Assembly: GCA_963847185.1 (NCBI GenBank)
Contig: CAWJYV010000009.1
Location: forward strand, 1-57,441
Source: an uncultured Methanosarcinaceae archaeon
GTDB lineage: Archaea; Halobacteriota; Methanosarcinia; Methanosarcinales; Methanosarcinaceae
Reading direction: 5' to 3'
DNA length: 57,441 nt
Every line of letters starts with the position of its first letter. The first letter of the stretch is position 1. The notes beneath the pieces are model-generated. The model saw only the letters and a list, made by a program, of their open reading frames with translations, was not told the DNA's origin and did not search any database. Positions 1-9,337 of the stretch are shown in pieces. A program made the position numbers and the translations under genes.

Positions 1-1
1 A

Positions 2-445
2 ACTGAAGATCTTTTCAGTTCATACAACCCTGGGAATATGGATATAAGCTTCAAGCTAAACCTTGAGAAGGTTTATCTTGGAATGGATACTGCAATACCT
101 CTTGGAATCATTATAAACGAGCTGGTTTCAAACTCCTTTAAGCATGCTTTTTCTGCTGAACAGAAAGGAGAAATTCAAATAAATCTTCGCAAAAATGAAA
201 CTTTCGCCGCCAGAAAAAACACTTTAGGTCTGGATGAGAGCTGCATGGAAAAAAATGGTTTCCGTTTTATACTTGAGATCTCGGACAACGGAGAAGGACT
301 TTCGGAAGAAACAGATTTTAAAAACACGGACTCTCTGGGCTTTCAGCTCGTAAATGTTCTTGTTGAACAGATAGAGGGCTATATAGAGCTTAAAAGAGAT
401 CAAGGAACAAAATTTACTATATGGTTTAGCGATATAGAAAGATGA
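2..445 (+). CDS. Sensor histidine kinase, C-terminal HATPase domain (5' partial)
   Basis: Frame open from the window edge; N-box IINELVSNSFKHAF, D-box ISDNGEG, SLGFQLV, and GTKFTI. Confidence 0.9.
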   Translation, partial: TEDLFSSYNPGNMDISFKLNLEKVYLGMDTAIPLGIIINELVSNSFKHAFSAEQKGEIQINLRKNETFAARKNTLGLDESCMEKNGFRFILEISDNGEGLSEETDFKNTDSLGFQLVNVLVEQIEGYIELKRDQGTKFTIWFSDIER

Positions 446-476
446 GATATGATCCAGCCGTTTTATTAAACTCATC

Positions 477-1260
477 ACTTAATTTGTCAACGTTTTTCAT
501 CTATCTGAAGTATGATTTCTTTGGCATCAATACAAGCATTTTCGCTGCTTTACCATCGATATCAGTATCCTCGTTATTGATATTCCGGCGGAATGTGAAA
601 ATTCTCTGTTGTTTCATTAAAGATTCCGGATTTATCAAATGCCAAGTCTCCAATTTGTACTATTTTTGCTATACTGTCAAAGATTGCCAGGTCATCCTCG
701 GCAGAATCACCTTTTTTCAGCTCATAATTCCTGCCAGTCCCAGGATAAAACCTCAATTTTGTTCAAACATAATAAATCACGGATTTTATCATGGCAAATG
801 AACCATAAACCCTTGAGATCACCATATGTTCCAAAATCATTCCGGGTTGCAGGCGTGTTTCAGACACTTCAGCCACGCTTGTCCTCGGGGGCTGAAATGC
901 TCTGTTTTTACATCAAGGAAGCAATATTTTAGATTTTTCACTCCTGCTTTCAGTTCAGGAGGGAGAAATACCTGTTCGTGTTGCATCTGGTTCATACAGG
1001 CATCTACTCTGATCCATCGCTGCTCATTACTTACCCAATACTCACATATCCAGGGATCAAATAGCTTTTTTGGATCAAAAAAGGTAGCAAGACCTTAACG
1101 TACGCAGGCAGGAATTCTATGATTTCTTAAAACAGCGCAAAGCATGAGGGATAAATCTCTGCAATTACCGAGCAAACGATTCTCAAAGCTTCTGGATTCA
1201 ATGAGTAACTTATCATCAATATTGGCTTGATGATTTTAAGGGTTTACGATTTATCTTTTG
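477..1260 (-). pseudogene. Transglutaminase-like domain protein, decayed
   Basis: Hand translation gives LLGNCRDLSLMLCAVLRNHRIPACVR*GLATFF..DPWICEYW..RWIRVD and later IRDLLCLNKIEVLSWDW; in-frame stops and frameshifts; boundaries approximate. Confidence 0.75.
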
Positions 1261-1474
1261 TACATTTGTTTGAATACGAGTCAAGGCGTGTACTCAAATA
1301 AAGTAATTGTGGCCGAAGTCTCTAACAATCAAAGATCAGAAAATAATTTCAGGTTCAAAATAAGTATGAAAATCGCATTGTTCGAGAGTTTGCACAGAGG
1401 ACTTATAAAGGATTAATAAATAGGAGTTTATGGAGTTCAAAAGATTTTCCAGTGTCACCCGAACTCTATATATG

Positions 1475-1540
1475 CCCTAAGAGGCAACGATTGTGTTGGC
1501 TTTACGTATAGTTAAGCTTGCCTGATTTTGCCTCTTAGGG
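1475..1540. repeat. 13-bp perfect inverted repeat with 40-bp spacer
   Basis: CCCTAAGAGGCAA (1475-1487) ... TTGCCTCTTAGGG (1528-1540). Confidence 0.7.
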
Positions 1541-1879
1541 ATAAATAAAAATGAAGTTATGGATCTTGCCCAAAAAACACTAGTCGGCATTTAAAACCTT
1601 TTTTTCACCGAGTGAATGCTAGAGCAAGTCATAAGAAGAAAAAACAAAACGAAAGGCATTTTAAATGTCATATTCAACGAATTTTCCATTTTTTGAAAAA
1701 TAGAACACTTAAATTGCTTTTTTAATTTATTCATTATGGTATAGCCTCACTAAGTTCGGAACAGGCTCCGTTTAAGACGCTAATAACGTTGTTCCGGTTC
1801 AAAAAAGCTCACTTCTCTAGAGGAAGTCGCTGCCACAAAAAAATAAAAATAAAGTTATGACTTCTTCACCAAAAATTCG

Positions 1880-1952
1880 TCCTCTTGAGCGAGCGAAGCG
1901 AGTGAAAAGGACTGCGTACTCCCGAGGCGCAATTCGGGAAGCGCAACTCGGG
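1880..1952. repeat. Palindromic REP-like repeat, copy a
   Basis: TCCTCTTGAGCGAGCGAAGCGAGTGAAAAGGA-CTGCGTACTCCCGAGGCGCAATTCGGG; related copies at 2187, 2310, 2575, 4126, 4251, 4563. Confidence 0.8.
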
Positions 1953-1980
1953 TGGCAAATCGAGAGAAAAATATGGGTTT

Positions 1981-2064
1981 GGCACCTGGGTATTGGGAAA
2001 TGAGAATATGGGAGGGGGGTTATAATACAAAATTTAAAAAGGTCTTTATATAATCCCAAGTGCC
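1981..2064 (-). ncRNA. Candidate C-rich-loop small RNA, copy 1
   Basis: Minus strand GGCACUUGGG...CCCAGGUGCC closing stem, C-rich interior, TATA at ~2087-2096, U-rich tract downstream. Confidence 0.65.
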
Positions 2065-2186
2065 AATCTATTAAACGATTTGAAGATATATATAATTAAA
2101 GAGTCAGCGTTTATTCAGAAAGTAATATCAGGCGACTGTATAACATTCAGAAAAGAATTCTTAAATTAAAAAATGAATATACAACA

Positions 2187-2347
2187 TCTTCTTGAGCGAA
2201 ACGAAAAGGACGCCATACTGTTGAGATTACATCATAACTCTCAACAAATCTTCTAACAACTACCAAAAAATCTGCTATTTTCTGTGAGCCCGAAGTTGAA
2301 TTGGATGTCGAAAAGGACCGCATACTCCAGAGGAGCAATTTGGGGAA
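2187..2347. repeat. Palindromic REP-like repeats, degenerate copies b and c
   Basis: TCTTCTTGAGCGAAACGAAAAGGA... and GAAAAGGACCGCATACTCCAGAGGAGCAATTTGGGG resemble copies a and d. Confidence 0.65.
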
Positions 2348-2361
2348 AACAAATATGAGTA

Positions 2362-2447
2362 GGCACCCGGGTGTTGGGGAGTTGGGGGGTGTTTTGGGGG
2401 GTTATTAAAAAGAGTTTAAAAGGTCTTTAATGACCTGCCCAGATGCC
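2362..2447 (-). ncRNA. Candidate C-rich-loop small RNA, copy 2
   Basis: GGCAUCUGGG...CCCGGGUGCC stem with two G-U pairs; TATA at ~2471-2480; upstream region conserved with copies 1 and 3. Confidence 0.65.
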
Positions 2448-2574
2448 CAGTACCTTAGTGGAATCCATGGTATATATAATTAAAGGGTAATTGTTTATTG
2501 AAAAAGTAATATCAAGAGACTGTATTGTATTGATGACAGAGTTTCCAAAACGAGTATAAGATTAGTTGACTATA

Positions 2575-2672
2575 TCCTCTTGAGAGAAGCGAAAAGGACC
2601 CTGTGCTGTTGCGATTATATCGCAACTCCCAGAAAATCTCCGATTTCCTGTGATCCCGGAGCGGAACTCGAG
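2575..2672. repeat. Palindromic REP-like repeat, copy d
   Basis: Nearly identical to 4126-4231; contains hairpin GTTGCGAT-TAT-ATCGCAAC. Confidence 0.85.
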
Positions 2673-2762
2673 AAAGTAGCAAAGTTATATACGTACCCAA
2701 GTTTTCTATAAAAGATTGCTCTATATCACGCCACCTCTATGAAATTAGCTGGAGTAGAACAA

Positions 2763-3689
2763 ATGAATAAGAATAAAAGATCAAAGTTTATTGTTTTGCT
2801 TTTAATGATCCTATTTTTTGGGATAGTGCTTTTTCCGGTGGCAAGTGCCACTTCGAAAGAACCAGTCACTGGGAAAGAAGAGAACGAACAGAAATCTGTT
2901 GATGGTTCACAATGGAATGAATGGAGACATGCCCATATTGTGGAAGTTGAAGTGACAACAGTTTATGATTACAAAAAAGATGGAACGCTCAAAATCACTG
3001 AAACTTATTCTGGAGAGAAGCTTAAAGGTAAATTTAAGATAGATAAACTAACAAGGTCTCAGACTTTTTCAGTCTCTGACGCAAAAGAGATCGCTCTTAG
3101 TACCGAAAGCGAGAGCTTGAGACTGAAGCCAGGAGATCGGAAAGAATTCGTGACCCAAAAATCTACAGTGCTTACAACTAGCGATGATCCTTATGAATGG
3201 TGGGCCAGTACTTCTTTAACTTCTCTCACCTACCCCCAATGGACTTACTCAAAGCTTACCTCATTATATAAGACTTATTACGAAGTGGCAGACCCCATAA
3301 ACCTTCTATGGGAACATAACAGCCTGAAGACAGTTAAAAGTTTAATCTTTAATAAAAAATGGGTTGATAATCCTGTAGAATACACCCATTATATTCCGTA
3401 TCCTGATGGAAGCTGGGTTGCTGGAGACGGAATGGCAGATAATAAATACAGAATTCTCGGGGGCTATCATCTACGGCTCTGGGAGCTTCCAGATGGAAAC
3501 GTAGTTTCAAACGCCCACCATGATGACAATGTTTTCGTCGTCCCTGGACATCAGGTAGATGGATACGAAAACGCAGAAGCCAAAGTTGCAGGATTTTTCG
3601 GGACCGCAAATGGAGCATGCTGGCTAGATAATGTGTACTACAGTGATTACTATAATGCCCGTAATGATGGCTCAGCAACACTTTTCTGA
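2763..3689 (+). CDS. Secreted/surface hypothetical protein
   Basis: Long ORF; K/R-rich N-terminus, hydrophobic stretch and ASA signal-peptide-like site; GGAG upstream of ATG 2763 (alternative start 2739). Confidence 0.75.
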   Translation: MNKNKRSKFIVLLLMILFFGIVLFPVASATSKEPVTGKEENEQKSVDGSQWNEWRHAHIVEVEVTTVYDYKKDGTLKITETYSGEKLKGKFKIDKLTRSQTFSVSDAKEIALSTESESLRLKPGDRKEFVTQKSTVLTTSDDPYEWWASTSLTSLTYPQWTYSKLTSLYKTYYEVADPINLLWEHNSLKTVKSLIFNKKWVDNPVEYTHYIPYPDGSWVAGDGMADNKYRILGGYHLRLWELPDGNVVSNAHHDDNVFVVPGHQVDGYENAEAKVAGFFGTANGACWLDNVYYSDYYNARNDGSATLF

Positions 3690-4125
3690 GAATTTAAAGT
3701 AGTGTTGTTCCCAAATTTTGCAGGATTATTTGTGGGATTAAGGTCAGTAGCTTCCTGAGGACCCATTGACCTCAATCCCCAATTGACGGGTCAAATTTTC
3801 CCTTACCAGTTTTATTTACTATTTCTACATTGACCCATTGATCTACATCCCGAAGTTACTGGTTCAATGTGGATGTCTACACTGTCATTTATCGGTTCCA
3901 AAGTGAAACTCGAGTAACTCAGTTTGGGAAGTTTTGCCTTCTAATAAACACGTTTGGTGCCATAGTCTTTAATTCCACCGAGCGAACGCTCGGCCCGATC
4001 CTAAAAGTCCGTTTAAGATACTAAGGATATTATTCCTGCTAAAATCAGTTCATTAATTTGGGCCGAAAGTTGCCGAAAAATAAAAATGAAGAAAATAAAA
4101 GTTATGACTCTTCGCCAAAAGTTTG

Positions 4126-4310
4126 TCCTCTTGAGAGAGCAAAGCGAGTGAAAAGGACCCTGTGCTGTTGCGATTATATCGCAACTCCCAGAAAATCTCC
4201 GATTTCCTGTGCTCCCGAAGCGAAACTCGGGATTCTAAACTATAAATTAGTCTGCTTGAGCGAAGCGAAACAGACTTCGTGCTCCCGAAGCGAAACTCGG
4301 GTGGCGAAGC
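4126..4310. repeat. Palindromic REP-like repeats, copies e and f
   Basis: 4126-4231 matches 2575-2672; 4251-4310 repeats GTGCTCCCGAAGCGAAACTCGGG. Confidence 0.85.
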
Positions 4311-4354
4311 GAAATAATGGGAAAAAGAACTGGTGAATATAGTATATGGGGGGT

Positions 4355-4437
4355 GGGCATCCGGGTATTGGGGAGTTGGGGAGTTGGGGGGTATTAAAAA
4401 GAGTTGAAAACAAGTCTTTAAACCTTTCCGGATGCCC
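4355..4437 (-). ncRNA. Candidate C-rich-loop small RNA, copy 3
   Basis: Perfect GGGCAUCCGG...CCGGAUGCCC stem; loop has repeated CCCCAA; TATA at ~4459-4470. Confidence 0.7.
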
Positions 4438-4562
4438 AGTACCTTAGTGGAGTTCATGATATATATAATTAAAGATTAACCGTTTATTGAGAAAGTACTA
4501 TCGAGTGACTGTATAGTATTGCTCGCAGAGTCCCAATCCAAACACAAATGGATCGTGATAAG

Positions 4563-4627
4563 TCCTCTTGAGAGTAGCGTAAAGGACTGCGTACTCCCGA
4601 GGTGCAATCCAGGAAGCGGAAATTGGG
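4563..4627. repeat. Palindromic REP-like repeat, copy g
   Basis: TCCTCTTGAGAGTAGCGTAAAGGACTGCGTACTCCCGAGG, similar to copy a. Confidence 0.75.
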
Positions 4628-4711
4628 TGCAAAAACAGTTATCATGTATTGAGATATATAATAAATAATCACGAATAACGGTTAATCCGACCACAAACAG
4701 TAGCTGATTTA

Positions 4712-5455
4712 TTGGCAAAAGAGGAATGTGTAAAGTTTCCACCTGGCTCATATCAGGCTCTTCATGAAGGCGTCTGCTACAAAATAGACCCTGAAAATGA
4801 CATAGTTGAAATGACGCAAAGATTGAATTTCAAATACAGCCCTGAGAGTAAAGAAGAAGCTTTTAGTCTACTCAATAAACTTGGAGCACAAGAAGTCCAG
4901 AAAAGAGTCAAATTATTCTCAAAACTCCTGATCATCTCAATATTATTATTTATATTCCTGATAACTTTCCCAACTGAGTTACCCGGAAAATTCGAAGCTT
5001 TTCGATCTTTGGGAAAATTTCTAACGGTCACTTCAGAAATTGCTTTTCTCTATATGTTTGGTCACTACAAAGGCATGATGAATTATTATAAAGATTCGCA
5101 TTGCAAAAAATGTGGGAAATATTTTGTTTTCGAAGAATTTCATGCTCCTCTGGTTAAAGAAGAAAGCAGAATCGACTCTTACATAAAAACCTTCAAAAAA
5201 CATTGGCGTTGTAAAAACTGTGGATATGAAGATATAAAAGTCGAGTCCAGTCCCATAAATCACCATTACGAGAAAAAACAGCACGATTTAAAAGAATGTA
5301 CCTGTGAGGAATGCGGGCATGTACTGGAAGAGTACAGGAACGCTGATGTACTGAGTCACACTGTCCTGAAAAAAATAAGGTATTTTAAATGCAAATACTG
5401 CGGTTATCACGAGATAAGACTCCACAGAAAAATTGGATATTATCGAAAAAAATAA
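4712..5455 (+). CDS. Membrane protein with four CxxC zinc-ribbon motifs
   Basis: Two hydrophobic segments, then CKKC, CKNC, CEEC, CKYC; start codon uncertain. Confidence 0.7.
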   Translation: MAKEECVKFPPGSYQALHEGVCYKIDPENDIVEMTQRLNFKYSPESKEEAFSLLNKLGAQEVQKRVKLFSKLLIISILLFIFLITFPTELPGKFEAFRSLGKFLTVTSEIAFLYMFGHYKGMMNYYKDSHCKKCGKYFVFEEFHAPLVKEESRIDSYIKTFKKHWRCKNCGYEDIKVESSPINHHYEKKQHDLKECTCEECGHVLEEYRNADVLSHTVLKKIRYFKCKYCGYHEIRLHRKIGYYRKK

Positions 5456-5609
5456 ACTCTTGGATGTCTGCATTTTCTTCTTTTGAAGTTCAGATTAATC
5501 CACCATTGTCCCTGTCTTTATTTCTTTGCAGAAGTTGCCAATTAAAAGACAACCGTAAAATCCAGGAGGGGAAATTGTATACGCTTATTTTATTTGGGGA
5601 CAAAAGAGT

Positions 5610-6158
5610 TTAAGGCTGAAGAATCATGTTCGTCGAAATGATATAAAGTGCATTCAGTACTGCTTCCCCTACAAAGACTCCCAGAAGGCACTTCAAAACA
5701 TGTACCCTTAGCGTTGATCCAACATAAACAATTAAATCCGTTGGTACCAGGGGAAAAAAACTCCAACCAACTATAATCGGTAACTCTTTGTCTTCAAGTC
5801 CTGATCTTATTCTCTGAACATACTTTCCATATTTGGTCTCAAAATATGCGGCAAAACCAAGGTATCTTGAAAAATAATAAACGATTGTTGATGAAGCTAA
5901 TATTCCTGCCATGTTCACTATAAAAAGTTCCACAGGGTCAAAAATTAAGATTCCTGCAAGCAGAAGAGGGGTTGAAGGAATCATGCTCAAACCTCTAATT
6001 GATAGAAGAAGGAAATAAACACCTAGAGCAAGATAGTACTCTTCGGATAGGTCCTCCAGGAAGAGGATATTTATTTTTTCAGGAAAGAAGAGGTATACTG
6101 TTACTCCGCCTATTATCAAGAGTATCCAGAAGCAGAAAGCAAGTTTTTTTGGGTTCAT
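5610..6158 (-). CDS. VTT/DedA (TVP38/TMEM64) family membrane protein
   Basis: IPSTPLLLAG, YYFSRYLG and FPLVPTDLIVY motifs; hydrophobic. Confidence 0.85.
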   Translation of the reverse strand: MNPKKLAFCFWILLIIGGVTVYLFFPEKINILFLEDLSEEYYLALGVYFLLLSIRGLSMIPSTPLLLAGILIFDPVELFIVNMAGILASSTIVYYFSRYLGFAAYFETKYGKYVQRIRSGLEDKELPIIVGWSFFPLVPTDLIVYVGSTLRVHVLKCLLGVFVGEAVLNALYIISTNMILQP

Positions 6159-6167
6159 TTTTATCCC

Positions 6168-6623
6168 TCATTCCTCTTTTCTGATCCACTCTCTGCCTTT
6201 TTCCTTATGGAATTCTTCCCTTTTTTCATCAACCCAGTGTGCTTTTCTGGTACTTTTGTAGACCCGGTCGGTATACTTGTTTATACAATAAAGTGTTGAA
6301 GTGGAGTTGTCTTCGGGATCTGGGATGTCATAAGTGACCATAAGAAACTCATCTTTTTTATTAGCAGTCCCATAATGGCTCTCAAAAAGCTCAATAAAAT
6401 CATCTTCCTGGCTTAGTGAGATATTGAAATATTCTAAGGCAAATTCTTCTTTCGTATATGACTGAAACTTAAAGTCATGAGGATCAGTTCCACTGCTCTT
6501 AACTAGTAAATTGACGTGCTTGGTCAGGAAAAAAGGATGAGAAACAATTAAAATACCTGACAAAAAAATAAGCAAAGAAAGTGTCAAAATTGTATACAGT
6601 GTAATTTTAAGGTATTTTTTCAT
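6168..6623 (-). CDS. Hypothetical membrane-anchored protein
   Basis: MKKYLK followed by one TM helix; directly upstream of the VTT gene. Confidence 0.6.
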   Translation of the reverse strand: MKKYLKITLYTILTLSLLIFLSGILIVSHPFFLTKHVNLLVKSSGTDPHDFKFQSYTKEEFALEYFNISLSQEDDFIELFESHYGTANKKDEFLMVTYDIPDPEDNSTSTLYCINKYTDRVYKSTRKAHWVDEKREEFHKEKGREWIRKEE

Positions 6624-6812
6624 TTTTCGTTCCCAGTCTAAATTAGTATTGTAACAGTTATAAATATAATGCATTTTTTGAATACTAATTAAATAAATTA
6701 GATCAGAGCCGTTTTTCCCTGCCTTCTTGCTTATTTCCACTATTGAATTAGAAGGTTTACTTCTGAGATACTTTTATTATTTAGTACAGTCTAATGTATA
6801 AAATATCTTAGA

Positions 6813-7217
6813 GTGATGATCATGCAATGGTATGCCGGCTTTTTCAGGAGATTTCTAGCCTCAACAATAGATATTTTCGTAATTATCCTTTTTATTTGGT
6901 TTATCCAGTTAATTTCGGGTATAACAATAGCTGGATCTTTTTTCTACTTCCTGGGTTTCCTGTTTGGATGGATTTATTTTGTTTTTCAGGAGAGTTCGAC
7001 CAGGAAAGGGACAGTGGGTAAGCAAGCTATGAACCTCATTGTAACTGATCTTTACGGAAACAAAATTTCCTTTAATCAGGCAACAAAGCGCTTTGTGATG
7101 AAAATTCTAGCTGTAATTCCTCTTTTTGCAGGATTTTTGCCAATTTTTTATACTGAAAAAAAGCAAACTCTTCCAGATATTGTAGCAAAGACTGTAGTAT
7201 TTCTTCAAGAAGATTAA
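6813..7217 (+). CDS. RDD family protein
   Basis: YAGFFRRFLASTID, TVGKQAMNLIV, KKQTLPDIVAKTVV. Confidence 0.9.
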   Translation: MMIMQWYAGFFRRFLASTIDIFVIILFIWFIQLISGITIAGSFFYFLGFLFGWIYFVFQESSTRKGTVGKQAMNLIVTDLYGNKISFNQATKRFVMKILAVIPLFAGFLPIFYTEKKQTLPDIVAKTVVFLQED

Positions 7218-7443
7218 ACGCAGTTGAAGATTTTTGTTTTAATTTTTTTAATTTTACAATGACTAATTCCCGGTTTCCTCTTTCATTTATTGCTGGTTTC
7301 TTTTCACCATTATTTCTTAATTCTCTTATCCTCTTTTAGGAAATCTTATTTAATTTCTTCAAAACAGATACTTTTTTTTATTATGAAGTCCTAATTTACA
7401 TGCAGGAAGTTATTTGCCGCCAAGCATCTAAAGGACGATTGTT

Positions 7444-8064
7444 ATGTCTATTTCTTTTGACCAGCAAATTTCAATTCAGAGTAAAACGGCAAGTTTTCAG
7501 AGTATCCTATCGGGTTATTCTCCTACTATTTCCACTTGCCCTAGACCTGTGGTAGATACAAAGCTTTTTCTTGACATGGATGGAGTTCTTACGGATTTTG
7601 TGGGCGCCTCTGAGAAACTAGAAAAAAATATGACTCTCTGGTATGACAGTGATAAAGAACTTTTCTGGAAACATATTGCATCCGCAGGCCCTGAATTCTG
7701 GTCAGAGATGCCGTGGATGACAGGCGGTATAGAACTTCATAGATTCCTAAAAGATTCCGGTTTTTGTCCTACAATCCTTTCTGCACTCCCGAATCCAAAC
7801 CGAAAAAAAGCTTTAGCCAACGCAAGGAAAGGAAAAATCCAGTGGCTCAGGAAAGAACTCGGAACTCAATATGCAGAAAATGCAATTCTCTGTTTCCGCC
7901 CTGAAAAAGCTCTCCAGTCCGGGATATCAAGGATCCTGATTGATGACAACTCCGAAAATATCCTTGAATGGGAAGAAGCAGGGGGAACAGGAATCCTCCA
8001 TAAAAACTCAAACAGAACAATCAGGTGTTTAAACCGGATTCTTGAAATGGAACAGCAACTCTGA
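7444..8064 (+). CDS. HAD-superfamily 5'(3')-deoxyribonucleotidase-like protein
   Basis: LFLDMDGVL motif I, ILIDD motif IV, WEEAGGTGILH. Confidence 0.75.
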   Translation: MSISFDQQISIQSKTASFQSILSGYSPTISTCPRPVVDTKLFLDMDGVLTDFVGASEKLEKNMTLWYDSDKELFWKHIASAGPEFWSEMPWMTGGIELHRFLKDSGFCPTILSALPNPNRKKALANARKGKIQWLRKELGTQYAENAILCFRPEKALQSGISRILIDDNSENILEWEEAGGTGILHKNSNRTIRCLNRILEMEQQL

Positions 8065-8251
8065 AATTCGCGTATCTTCAATTGCCTTCTCTCTTTTTAA
8101 GTGTTGGCCCTTACATGTCTGGTCTAAGAACCTGGGATTTTGCTTCCGCCTGAAAATAAGCTACGATAGGAGACAACCATTAACTGAATTATATTAGGCG
8201 GAAGCACCATAGAATAAAATACTATTTTCTTATTTATACTCATTTATCTTA

Positions 8252-8458
8252 ATAACAAACCTTAGCTTTACACTATAACAAACCTTAGCTTTACACTATA
8301 ACAAACCTTAGCTTTACACTATAACAAACCTTAGCTTTACACTATAACAAACCTTAGCTTTACACTATAACAAACCTTAGCTTTACACTATAACAAACCT
8401 TAGCTTTACACTATAACAAACCTTAGCTTTACACTATAACAAACCTTAGCTTTACACT
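8252..8458. repeat. Tandem repeat, 9 exact copies of 23 bp
   Basis: (ATAACAAACCTTAGCTTTACACT)x9 with no spacers, between convergent genes. Confidence 0.95.
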
Positions 8459-8674
8459 AAGGACAGTTTATTTTCATCTCTTCCATGAAAAAAGAATTCA
8501 TCTGAAGGCTCTTTTTAAGGAAACTTCAAAATTTTTTCATATAGTGGGCATTAGGATTTAAAAAGAGTAAGTCTCTCTACTGGAATAAACAATAATTACT
8601 GGTCATAATTCCATTTTTTGCATTCACAGACTCAAATTCACTTAATTTTATTACTTTGAATTACTTTGATATTG

Positions 8675-9178
8675 TCAGTAAATGCTTACACCTTTAACCG
8701 AAGGCAAGTTAAGGATTTTGTCTACAAGGTCTCCGGGCACTTTTTGGTCAGTAATAATTGTAAGCCTTGGATTGTCAGTAAGGAAAGGATCGTCCGATAC
8801 AGCCTGGCGAATGCTTACATTATGTCTGGAAATCAGGCCTGCAACTTCCGCAAGTATGCCCACATGTGCGGCATCTTCCGGAATGATTATAATTACACCT
8901 AAGCCGAGAGAAGGAGCTACATCTTTGAGAAAAGGAATGGAATGAACATTTCTAAAAATCGTGCTCAGAAGTTCGTCTGAGACAATAGACTTTGTGGTTG
9001 CGTCAACCACACGTCTATCAACGCCGGCTTCTTTTGCAAGCTGCGTATGTGCGATTTCAATGTTTCCTGAAGTGACTTTTCCATCTTCGTTTACCTGAAA
9101 CCCACGTTCAAAAAGCAATTTAAGAACTTTTGCCTGCGCAGGATATTTTTCAAATTTTTTGAGTAATGTTTGCCACAT
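8675..9178 (-). CDS. ACT-domain regulator of amino acid metabolism (archaeal)
   Basis: HTH-like segment LAKEAGVDRRVV, then ACT domain (GILAEVAGLISRHNVSIRQ). Confidence 0.8.
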   Translation of the reverse strand: MWQTLLKKFEKYPAQAKVLKLLFERGFQVNEDGKVTSGNIEIAHTQLAKEAGVDRRVVDATTKSIVSDELLSTIFRNVHSIPFLKDVAPSLGLGVIIIIPEDAAHVGILAEVAGLISRHNVSIRQAVSDDPFLTDNPRLTIITDQKVPGDLVDKILNLPSVKGVSIY

Positions 9179-9337
9179 ATAAATTAAAGTTTAAACCTGG
9201 TCCCCTGATATATAGTTTCTTATTATATTCTATTATAGTTTGATGAAATATTCTTGAATAGTTATTTTGAGTTTCATTTGAGTTTCATTATTGAGTACCT
9301 GCGTTAATTTGAAGTACCTTCAAACACGAAGCTTTAC

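Noticed and set aside
1817-4751. Short ORFs over the repeat zone (1817-2059, 2147-2338, 2512-2700, 4053-4457, 4058-4336, 4476-4751)
   Set aside because: They are translations of the palindromic repeats and RNA-like units, with inconsistent frames between copies
8252-8458. Possible CRISPR array
   Set aside because: Units are contiguous and identical with no spacers; no cas genes in the window
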